From NCBI RefSeq assembly GCF_006345805.1, contig NC_043016.1, forward strand, positions 25,234,001-25,298,000: a stretch of DNA of 64,000 nt, given 5' to 3'. A model generated the notes under the pieces. That model did no database searches. It saw only the letters and a program-made list of their open reading frames with translations, and was not told the DNA's origin. Origin of the DNA: Octopus sinensis. Lineage: Eukaryota. Of the stretch, positions 1 through 10,925 are shown in pieces. Position numbers and translations under genes: made by a program. The stretch's first letter is position 1. Every line of letters begins with the position of its first letter.

Positions 1-32
1 TAGTCAATGTATTCAGAGAAATTTTATAACAT

Positions 33-400
33 AGGTGCAGGTGTGGCTGCATGGTAAGAAGCTTGCTACCCAACAACATGGTTCCAGGTTCAGGCCCACC
101 GCATGGCAATTTGAGCAAGTAGGGTAAGTGCCTTAGGTCAACCAAAGTTTTCTGAGTGGATTTGGTAAACAGGAACTGAAAGAAGCCCATCATATATAAT
201 GTATATATATATGTGTGTGTGTGTCTTTGTGTATGTCTCCCCAGCACCACTTGACTACTGGTGTTGAGGTGTTTAGTACTAATCTTTAAAAAAAATATCA
301 GTACTAGGGTCAATTTATTCAACTATAAATTCTTCAAGGCAGATACCCCAGCATGGCCACAGTCTAATGACTGAAACAAGTGAAAGATTAAAAGATAAAA
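33..400 (+). mobile_element. tRNA-headed SINE, family A (diverged)
   Basis: A-box-like GTGGCTGCATGG, B-box-like GGTTCAGGCCC, body similar to the copies at 21495 and 62621, tail GAAACAAGTGAAAGATTAAAAG. Confidence 0.75.
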
Positions 401-432
401 CATGCAAGAACACACACACACTCTTAGCTTAA

Positions 433-815
433 CTTATCTTTTATCCTTTACTTGTTTAAGTCATTGGACTGCAGCTATGCTGGGGGTCAAACGAATTAAG
501 CCCAGTACTTATTTCCTTTGGGTTTCTTTCCTTTTTTTTTTTTTTTCTTTTTTTCAAACTGCTAAGCTACAGGGATATAAACAACAAACAATCACCAGTT
601 GTCAAGCTGTGGTAGGGTTCAAGCACAAACACAAAGAGACTTACACACACACACATTATCTAGTATAGTATTCTTTCCGTTTCCATCTATCAAATCCACT
701 TGTAAAGCTTTTGTCAGCCCACAGTTATAGTGGAGGACACTTTCCCAAGATGCTATGCAATAGGACTGAACCAAGAACCATACAACTGGGAAGCAAACTT
801 ATTTCCACACAACCA
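433..815 (-). mobile_element. SINE family A
   Basis: Reverse-complement similarity to the family A copies. Confidence 0.75.
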
Positions 816-861
816 CATGTTCGTCAAACCTAAACATTATTTTATACAAAGTAGTATTTAG

Positions 862-1053
862 TTTACTCTTTTACTTGTTTCAGTCATTTGACTGTGGCCA
901 TGCTGGAGCACCCACCTTTAGTCGAGCAAATTGACCCCAGAATTTATTCTTTGTAAGCCTAGTACTTATTCTATCGGTCTCTTTTACCAAACTGCTAAGT
1001 TACAGTGACATAAACACACCAGCATCGGTTGTCAATCGATGTTGGGGGGACAA

Positions 1054-1132
<79 letters not shown>

Positions 1133-1440
1133 CAACAATCAAGGAACGGCCATAATAGGCCATTCACCCACTAGAAATAACAGCCAAAGCTTCAACCGCA
1201 AAAAAATTCTACAAAATTTTTTTTGGCACCCTATATTGATTAATTATAAATATATATATATATATACACACACACACTACGGGCTTCTTTCAGTTTCCGT
1301 CTACCAAATCCACTCACAAGGCTTTAGTTGACCCAAGGCTATAGTAGAAGACACTTGCCCAAGATGCCACGCAGTGGGACTGAACCCAGAACCATGTGGT
1401 TGGTAAACAAGCTACTTACCACGCAGCCACTCCTATGCCT
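862..1440 (-). mobile_element. SINE family A with expanded internal (CA)n
   Basis: Starts with the tail TTACTCTTTTTACTTGTTTCAGTC, ends with the head CAGCCACTCCTATGCCT; (CA)n at about 1059-1122. Confidence 0.85.
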
Positions 1441-1482
1441 TGTGATATTTAACTTAAATTTTCAATTTTCTTCTAATTTCAG

Positions 1483-1685
1483 ATATAGTATTCTTCATTT
1501 ACCTCTACCAACGTTACATCTATCGAGTGGATCCCCAGCGTCTGAATGAATTTGGAACCAGCCAAGAAATGCTTGAGCCTAATGGAACTGTGGCTTTAAG
1601 AGATGGTGAAACTGATTCTACAAGTCCTGATGAAGGAGCAGAAGACAGCGCTTTGAAATCAGATAAGGAAAAGAAAAATGACTGA
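1483..1685 (+). CDS. CLPTM1: Terminal coding exon of CLPTM1 (cleft lip and palate transmembrane protein 1 family, ER membrane protein)
   Basis: Polypyrimidine tract plus AG at 1481-1482, then (D)IVFFIYLYQRYIYRVDPQRLNEFGTSQEMLEPNG...DKEKKND-stop (TGA 1683-1685). Matches the recalled CLPTM1 C-terminal motif DVVFFIYLYQRWIYRVDPxRVNEFG; YRVDP favours CLPTM1 over CLPTM1L. Upstream exons lie outside the window. Confidence 0.93.
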
Positions 1686-3209
1686 GCTGCAGTAAGAACA
1701 ATTTCAACACAAACCCAGAAAAGTTCCAATATATTGAATATATATTCCTACTATATAGCATGGATAGTGGCCAGAATGTCTGGAATGGCTTTGCATAGTG
1801 GTGTGTTGTGATTCTACAAATTGGTTAGATTTAACAATTGTTTAAAGTTTTCTTCCCTCCCAACTCTCCTTTTATTCTCTATATGCCTCTTTCTTTCTCC
1901 TTCCTCAATCCTTATGTTCTTCAGAAAACACTGCTGACAAACTTTTTTTTCAACAAATTTTATTTATTTATTTTTAAACAAATTTTATGTCAGTATGTGG
2001 AGTTGTTGTCTTATGACTACCTTGTGAAGTGCTGTTTATTATTTATTTAGTTTTCTTTCTTTCTCTCTTATTTTTTTTTTTATATTGCCAAATATCAAAT
2101 TTCATAATTTTATCAAATGAAAAATAAAATTATGATATTTAAATAGATTTTTTTTCTCTGTCAGGATGTGTGTGTTTTTGCATATACCAATTAATCATTT
2201 TTTGAGTAAATTAATTACATTCTTTTTTTTTTTCCTTAAATGACATCACTTTTTTTTTTTTTTTTTGCTTTTGTTTTCAATTCAAAAATGTTATGTTGTT
2301 TACTTGTTATTAAGGACCAGTTTACAATTACTAACAGCATAACAAAACATTTAACACTTGTTGAACATCCAACATTGATTGAATATGTAAGCCTGGATAA
2401 ACTACAACTTGCACTTTGCAAATCATGTTTAGATATTTTGTTTGCGTGATGAAAACCTTGAATAGCTATCAATTATCACTCTTTGCCTACCAATTATTCT
2501 TTAATATGATTGTGCAACTTGGGTGCTTGGTAGAAATGATTATGGTTTTTACCTGGTTTAGTTGGTTTACCTGACTAATGTTTTACTATGGCTTTTTCAA
2601 ATTACTTACATTCCCCCACCCCCATCCCACCCTTCCACCTTCTTTTGGTTAATACCTTTTGCTTTTGCTGTTGTCTTCTGTTTTTGGTGAGTTTATTCTC
2701 TTGAGTAATGTGTTATACAGTTTTGTGTTTTTTTGATAACAATGTATAAAATTTAAAAAAATTAAATCTATAGGCAGACCAGTTATTAATAACAAATCAT
2801 TTCTGTATATGGAAACTGCTTATCTGTGTACCCATTCTGACATTATGCCATAAATTTTTTCTTTCTTTTTCTTCTTTTGTATTTTTCTTTTCAAACATTT
2901 TCTTTTGCTATCCTTCTGGCAAATAAAATTATATTTATTGGTAGTAATTAGCATATGTTGTTAAATATCAATGATTATTGTTATTATTACCACTAGTATT
3001 AAAACTATTACTAAATATTTACCTAGAAAATTGTAGCATTGTGCCAATGTAAGAAATTGTTGTGGTGGTGGTGGTGGTTGTTTATAGAACAGTGGAATGG
3101 CAAAAATGGTAGAGTATCAAACTAAATTTGTTAAAGTATTTAGCTTCATTCCTTCACATTCTGAGTTTGAATCTTCTGGGGTTGACCAAATAAAGTATCA
3201 GTCATTGAG

Positions 3210-3525
3210 ATATATAAATATATATAAACATATATATATATATGTGTGTGTGTTTATATATATATGTATATGTTTTTATATATATATATGTTTATATGTA
3301 TATATATATATATATATGTATATGTATATACATATATATGTTTTATATATATATATGTATATACATATATATGTTTATATATATATATGTATATACATAT
3401 ATATGTTTATATATATATATGTATATGTATATACATATATATGTTTATATATATATATGTATATACATATATATGTTTATATATATATATGTATATGTAT
3501 ATATGTATGTATATATATATATAAC
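3210..3525. repeat. Compound (TA)n/(TATG)n microsatellite
   Basis: Direct inspection; source of the spurious Y/I/M/C-rich ORFs. Confidence 0.95.
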
Positions 3526-3636
3526 ATAATTCTGTTGGCTATATCCCTTGCCTACAAATTTGTGTCCTTGTGCTGATGTGAAAAATCATCATGATTGAAA
3601 TCTTTTTAAGATCAAACATTCAAAGATATTATGTAT

Positions 3637-3682
3637 TCTCTCTCTCTCTCTCTCTTTTTCTCTCTCTCTCTCTCTCTCTCTC
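3637..3682. repeat. (CT)n microsatellite
   Basis: Direct inspection. Confidence 0.95.
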
Positions 3683-3958
3683 TGCATTATTCAAAGAGCC
3701 TTTTTTATATTTGGCTCAATAAATGTTCTTGGTCCAGTAAAATTGATCAGTTTGTATTAAAAAAATATGAAAATAAAAAAACATTTAAAATTGGATTCTT
3801 CCTAACTTTTATTTATTTAGATATGTTTTTTGATTTCTTCTTTTTTTTTTTTTAAAGAAAATTTATTATATGTCAGATTCAGCATTATTCTGAAATCTTA
3901 AAAGGTAAAAGTTTATTGTGCAGTCTAGTGTTTTCTACATGAGAGAACAATATATATA

Positions 3959-3990
<32 letters not shown>

Positions 3991-4191
3991 GCTTATTCAT
4001 TTAGCACAGCATATAAAACATTAGTGTTTGTATACTAAACCAGAATTTATTGGCTCTTCCAGTGTACATGTATGTGTGTATGAATGAAGTTGATCATTTA
4101 ATGCATTTATGTTGGTGTGTGTAGGCATATATATTTATATAGGTGTGTGTGTATGTGTGTATATATACACACACATCTACATGTGTGTATT

Positions 4192-4244
<53 letters not shown>

Positions 4245-5119
4245 TATGGCATCAAATTTATAAATAGTCTGCAAGTATATTAAAACTTTAGCATTTTTTA
4301 ATTTTTTTCTTTCAAAGCCAAATGTATGAGTGTCTATCTGTTTTGTAGTTAACTAATACTGTTTTTAGTTGCATTTGGACTGTTTAGTTTGGGTTTGGGT
4401 AGTATCTTGTCCTTTAAATTTTTTGTTTATTTTCAATTTTTCTAAATAACTCTCTTTTTCTTTCTCTTTAGTTTCACACATGCGCATACAGACATACACA
4501 CACTTGTAAATATTAGCAGATGGTTTTTGTGAAATTGGCTTTGAGTGTGACACAACAGCATTAAAAATAATTTTAATTTTAAATAGATATTTTACAAGAT
4601 AGACTTCATGATATACATCAACAAATTTTAATCATTTTTGTTTCTCTAATGTATGGTTGTTGTTTTGTTTTTCCTTTTCTTTTGAAAAATGTTATTTTTT
4701 ATCTTTCCCATCTGTTTTGATTATTTATTAAGCCAATAAAATGAAATATATAATTCTGTATTGTATTTGCCTTTTAATTATTTCTTTGTATATATGTCTT
4801 CAATTTTTTTTAATGTATTGGTCACAATGAGTTTTGCGAATTACCAGCCAGATATTACTATGTAGCAGCAAGTTGTTAGTCTCCATAGTATGCATGCCTT
4901 GCAAGATTCTTTCCAGTTCTCTGCACTTAAGTTCAAATCCTGCTACAAGCCAACTTTTTTTTTTTCTCTATCTCTCTCTAAATAAAACCAACTTCTGTTC
5001 AAACCTTGTGAAAGATGGAGTCCTCCAGGTCTAAAATGCCTTAGGCATACCATATGCCATAATAGATAATGCCTTGACAAATCCATCAGGATTTGAGGTC
5101 CAAAAGAAAGAGCTTGTCA

Positions 5120-5410
5120 TCACCCTTATATTATGTCCACTTTTCCATGCTTGCATGGGTTAGACAAAGTTAATCAAGACAGTTTTTCTGCATCCAGATG
5201 CTCATCTTGTTTCCAAGCAAAATACTATTTCCTCATGACCAGACATGTTTCACAGGATGAATAACACTGCTTGTTTACAGTTAAAATAGAATGTCAAGAC
5301 AAGGAGGGAGACACGCATTTGACATGCTTGTCTGAGTCTCCATCTACCAAATCCATTAACAAGCCCTTGGTCTGCACAGGGCTATAACAGAAGACACTTG
5401 CCTAAGCACA
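5120..5410 (-). mobile_element. SINE family C (family A head plus RTE-like 3' tail), diverged
   Basis: TCCACTTTTCCATGCTTGCATGGG at the left end and CTACCAAATCC...GAAGACACTTGCC at the right, as in 58793-59178. Confidence 0.55.
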
Positions 5411-7749
5411 TTGTGCCCAGATTGGCTAATTCAGGGAAAATCATATCTCAAGTTAAAATAATCACGTGGTAGTGGTTGAGGGTTTGTTTGAACCACAATT
5501 TTAAGGGCTATCAGAGAGAACCAAAATTATTTGTTTCTTTTTTATGGGGGTCTAGGTTCAAATAACTAAATCAGGGCATATTGACCAAAATTGCTGTTTT
5601 TTTGGTGTATTGCAGTTAAAAATGATTATCTGCAAGATAAGATGTCATGGATGTTATCCTTGATTGAAATCAAGGATAACATCCAAGACATCTTCAGAAG
5701 AATGTCCATCATGTTGCGTACAACAATTGCTTTGAAACGTCCTAGCCCAAGTTGTTCTGTTTGTGGTGAAGTTGGTCACACAGCTCATTCTTCAAAACAC
5801 CAGAAGGTGTCTGCTTTGAGAGAACAATTAAGAATCAAATTACTTATATTACTGACTGGTCCTTGTTACGCATATTTATTGTTTGGCATTGTGAATAAGT
5901 GGTCAGTTTTCACAATTTAGTGCAAATGATTCTGATTTTCTTTGTGAATCATGGGTGGGGTAGACAATGGTAACGTTTCAATCCAAGGATTTGTTGGGAA
6001 TATTTTCCTTTTGTTATCTTGTGTTTTGGCCCTTCTTCAATTTCAGTGTAAGCAAGGCAAAATCCTCCAAGCCAGAATCTAACCTACCTAATCAGATTTT
6101 TACCCCATAAAATAGGCTAAATACCAAAAATAGTGCATTTAAGATCAATTATTTCAAGAAATTTATTAGGTTTTGAGTCCATTTTATTCTTCCTTTTTTT
6201 ATACCTGTTTAATTACGTTGGGGGTATATAACTACCGATTTTATCCAATTTTGGTTGGTTTTAATGTTTGGCACCCAAATTGGAATTATACTTTCTGTTT
6301 GGCCTTTTAACCCCTTTGAACTGATTTTTTTTTTCCCACAGTTTACATAAAATGTTGAAGATGTCAAATATGTTAGCCCTTAATATGTCAAAATTCGTCA
6401 TTTAAAATAAAATTATCAAGTTTCAGGGGGTTTTACCAAAAATTTGTATATTTTTCATGCATGCCCTACTTTCTCAAATTTATGTTGGCCTATGTGCTCT
6501 AAGCTGTAGCTTGACTGAAAGACAATAAAAAAAAATGCTTCTAAATAAATTCATGGGTAAAAAGCTTTTTTGTGAAAGAAAATATGTTCAATCTTATAAT
6601 ACTAAAAAAAAATTTTTTTTTTTTTGTTAAAAGTGAATTTCATTAAATTGGCTGACTTTAAAGTGCTATAAAAATTGGACCATACATTATTTTAAATTCA
6701 AGTATTTTTGCTTTGTAATCTCTTGAGTTTAGAGAACCAGGAAATGTACATTTTAAACATCTGGGTAAAACTTCCAAATAATAATAAATTCCCACTCTGG
6801 GCACAATGTGCTTAGGTACCACAGCATGGAGCAGAACCCAAAACCATGTAGCTGGAAAGCAAATTTCTTAACCACACAGCCATCAATAAATTAGCTATTA
6901 TGAAAAAAAACATCACTGTAGTACTGGGCAAATAAACATTGTTATTTTGCTATTAGAATTCCTGTATATCTTTTACTTGTTTCAGTTACTAGACTGAGGC
7001 ACCACCCTGAAGAATTTTTGGTTACGAGGACTTAGACATACCAACATCAGTTGTCAAGCAGTGGTGCAGGACACACACACACATACATATATAACAGGCT
7101 CCTTTTTGTTTTCATCTTACCACGTCCACCCACATGGCTTTATCAGTCTGAGGCTTTAGTAGAAGACACTCGCCTAAGGTTCACCCAATGAGACTTCACC
7201 TGGAATAAAGTGGTTGGGAAGTATATTGTTGAAGAAATCTTAAGCTTAGCAAGAGTCTCTTTGTGATACCATTAGAAAGTAGTAAGGAAACATTGTTGGT
7301 ATGTTGCACCAGGCTCCAGTCATCTATTTTGGCAAGGTTTCTCTGGCTGGATCCCCTTCCTAATGCCAACCACTTTACAGAGTGTACTGGGCACTTTTTA
7401 TATGGTGGCTTGCATGTTAAATGAATGTACAAAAGCATAGTGCCTCAGAGCAGTCAATTTATGTTGATTTCATTAGCACTTTGTTTTATTTCCACCACTC
7501 CCAGAAGGATGAAAGGCAAAAATTTACCTTGGAGGGATTTGAAATCAGAAGGTAAAGGGCCATAACTAAATGCTACAAACTATTTTGTCTGACACTTACC
7601 TACAATATCAAAGCAAAGATGTCTCAGCAGGATTTAAACTGTGAACTAAATATCTCGAGGCATTTTGCTCAGTATTCTAATGATTCTATATGTAAATCCA
7701 ATGACTTTACTACTCTATAGTAACATTGATCCCTTGTGTATATAAATAT

Positions 7750-8162
7750 ATGTTAATAATAGTATTTTATAAGCTTATAGCAATCTCACAATGCAGTGAC
7801 TAAAGAAAATAGACTAATAATGGGGCATATAAGCCCTCAACAGAAAAGTAGGCTTTCCTGTATGCGTGAAACTCGAACCCAAACCTCTTTGTTTATACAA
7901 CAAACTATGCTACCAATTAACACCAGCGAACCTACCTGCTTTTTTTTCTGTCAGATTTAAGAACTATAATTAGTTTGTAGTCGTTTTTGTAAACAAACTT
8001 TTATGTGCTTTTACTGCAATTCTCATGCGTAGGGAAAAACCTACTTTTTTCTGTTGAGGGCTTCTATGCCCCATTATTAGACTATTTTCTTTAGTTATTG
8101 CGCGGTAACTATAAGCTTTAAGCTTATAAAATACTATTATTATTATTTACAGAATAAATAAC

Positions 8163-8165
<3 letters not shown>
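7750..8165. mobile_element. MITE-like fold-back element
   Basis: Imperfect inverted arms of about 100 bp, e.g. AAAGAAAATAGACTAATAATGGGGCATATAAGCCCTCAACAGAAAAG versus TTTTCTGTTGAGGGCTTCTATGCCCCATTATTAGACTATTTTCTT; abuts (TA)n. Confidence 0.7.
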
Positions 8166-8199
<34 letters not shown>

Positions 8200-8229
8200 T
8201 ATATGTGTGTGTGTATATATATATATGTA

Positions 8230-8262
<33 letters not shown>

Positions 8263-8263
<1 letters not shown>

Positions 8264-9048
8264 CGAGCACCTCCCCTCCCCATGCAATGGATGGTGCTGA
8301 GTTGTCAAACATTTAAACCAAATTTTCTCAAAGCAACTTGTCCGACCGTCCCATAGGCCTCCCCTTTGAGAAACACTGATTTAACCTAAATTTGAGACAC
8401 CAGCAAAAGAAATAAAGATAGACTTTTTTTCTATTCCAAAGAAAAACGATTTTATTCACACAAATATGCAACTGAAGAGTTTAAAGTACCAGTAATGATA
8501 AGGCTGTTGACTGGGAGAACACAAACATGGTTTAAACAGTAAGCTTGGCAGGAAAGAAATGTGTTTTCTTGTCATAAGAAAATAATTAAGCATGCCTTTA
8601 TTTCAATAAAATTTTTGGTTTTGTTAAACAAAGTTAAGGCAAAAAAAAAAAGACTTCTTGAGAAACCAAATAGTTTTTCCTTCCTTCATGCCAAGTTTGA
8701 AGAAAATATCTCTTTTGCATCTTACTTTTGTGGTCTCTTAAATATACTGCATTTTGTGGCATTATTTCAAGCCAGCCGGCTTTTTTTGCGCAAGCTGCAC
8801 GTGCATTTTTCTCGAGCACACATAGTATCGATCACAACAGCTGATGTACTTGCGCGTACAAATGCAAGTTCCCACGGCTTTATCGATCACATTCTCACCT
8901 GAAATCGATTTTTCTCATTTTTTCAAGACTTATACACGCCCTGATACCGTCGGTATCTACATATCAAATTTGAGCGCAATCGGATGGAGGACGCCCAAGA
9001 TCTTAGATGACACACACACAGACAGACAGAGCAGATTTTATATAATAG

Positions 9049-9050
<2 letters not shown>
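8263..9050 (-). mobile_element. Non-autonomous Helitron-like element, copy 1
   Basis: Minus strand starts ATCTATTATATAAAA followed by (TCTG)n/(TG)n and ends GCTCGT into (TA)n; about 300 bp and 170 bp shared with 55392-55945. Confidence 0.6.
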
Positions 9051-9100
<50 letters not shown>

Positions 9101-9103
<3 letters not shown>

Positions 9104-10920
9104 TCATCGTTTAACGTCCGTTTTCCATGCTAGCATGGGTTGAACAATTTGACAGAGAACTGGTGAACCAGATGGCTGCACCAGGCTCCAATCTGATATG
9201 GCAGTTTCTATAGCTAGATGCCCTTTCTAACGCCAACCACTCCGAGCATGTAGTGGGTGCTTTTTTGTGCCACCGACACGAGAGCCGTTCAGGTGGTACA
9301 GGCAATGGACACGCTCAAGTTGTGTTTTTTACATGCCACCTGCACAGGAGCCAGTCCAGCAGCACAGGCAACGACCTCACTCGAATGTTTCTTGTGCTAG
9401 TAAGGTGATGCTGGTAACGATCATGTTTGAATGGTGCTTTTTACATGCCACCAGCATAGAAACCAGTCAGCTGCTCTGGCAGCGATCACGCTCGGATGAT
9501 GATCTTGGCGCTCAACTGGCACAGGTGCCAGTCGTTGACTTTGTAAATTTGATTTGATTTCAATTTCACTTGCCTCAACAGATCTCTGCAAGCAGAGTTT
9601 AGTGACCACTGAAGGAAAGGTAAGCATAAGTGGGCTGGTTACACCCCTGGCATAGTTCATGGGTCATGGTCTCACTTGGCTTGTGGGTCTTCTCACACAC
9701 TGCATATTTCCAAAGGTCTCCGTCACTAGTCATTGCCTCAGTGTGGCCTAAAGTTCAAAGGTCATGCTTCACCACTTCATTCCAGGTCTTCCTGGGTCTA
9801 CTTCTTCCACAGGTTCCCTCAACTACTAGGGTGTGGCACTTTTTCACACAGCTATCCTCATCCATTCTCACCACATGACCATACCAGCGCAGTTGTCTCT
9901 CTTGCACACTACATCTGATGCTTCTTAGGTCCATACTGGCTTCATTCCTTGAAAGCTTATGCATATACTCAGCAGTCATGGCCCATGTTTCACTGCCATG
10001 TAGATGGCTGTTCATACACATGCATCATACAGTCTACCTTTTACTCTGAGCGAGAGGCCCTTTGTCACCAACAGAGGTAAGAGCTCTCTGAACTTAGCCC
10101 AGGTTATTCTTATTCTTGCAGCTACACTTTCAGTGCACCCTCCCCCACTACTGACTTGGTCACCTAGGTAATGGAAGCTATCAACTACTTCTAGTTTTTC
10201 TGCCTGGAATGTGGCGGAAGTTGTTCTCTGCACATTTTCAGTGTTTATAGCTGCTGAGCATCTGCCACATACAAAAACTATCTTCCTAGTTAGCCTTCCT
10301 TTAATATTGCTGCACCTCTTATGTGTCCATAGCTTACACTTGGTGCATCTTATAGAGTTTCTACCTACGCCTTTTCTACAGATCGAGCAAGGCCATCTAC
10401 CTGAAGGGATTTGTGGTTTGTCTTCCTTCTTACTTATTAGAACTTTGGTTTTAGCTAGGTTGACTCTAAGGCTCTTCAATTCTAATCCTTGTTTCCACAC
10501 CTGCAACTTTTCCTCTAGTTTTGATAGTGACTCAGCAATTAGAGCAAAGTCATCAGCATAGAAAGGTTCCCAGGGACATCCTGTCTTGAATTCCTCCGTT
10601 ATTGCCTGGAGGACTATGATAAATAGGAGGGGGTGCTGAGGACTGAACCTTGGTGGACCCCTACCTCTACTCTGAATTCTTCACTGTACTTGTTGCCAAC
10701 CCTCACCTTACTGACAGCGTCCCTGTACATGGCTTGCACAGCTCTCACTAACCATTCATTAATCCCTAGTTTCCTCATTGACCACCAAATAAGGGATCGG
10801 GGAACCCTGTCAAAGGCTTTCTCCATGTCAACGAAAGCCAGGTACAGAGGTTTATCTTTGGCTAGATATTTCTCCTGCAACTGTCTTACCAGAAATATAG
10901 CATCAGTGGTGATTTTCCCT
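9101..10920 (-). mobile_element. RTE-clade LINE, 5'-truncated, frameshifted RT and C-terminal region
   Basis: Translations LVRQLQEKYLAKDKPLYLAFVDMEKAFDRVPR, VGVHQGSVLS, VNLAKTKVL, LEVVDSFHYLG, RQLRWYGHVVRM; 3' end GGACGTTAAACGATGATG on the minus strand. Confidence 0.93.
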
Positions 10921-10925
10921 GACAT

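Larger units (their letters stand above)
1686..4760 (+). other. Probable CLPTM1 3' UTR (end uncertain)
   Basis: U-rich sequence without SINE/LINE copies after the stop codon; AATAAA at 2123, 2922 and 4735. Which site is used cannot be determined from sequence. Confidence 0.4.

Noticed and set aside
3097-3576. Long Y/I/M/C/V-rich ORFs here and at 16185-16770, 33718-34316, 52987-53565 and 56060-56273
   Set aside because: They are translations of TA/TG/CA microsatellites, which contain few stop codons.
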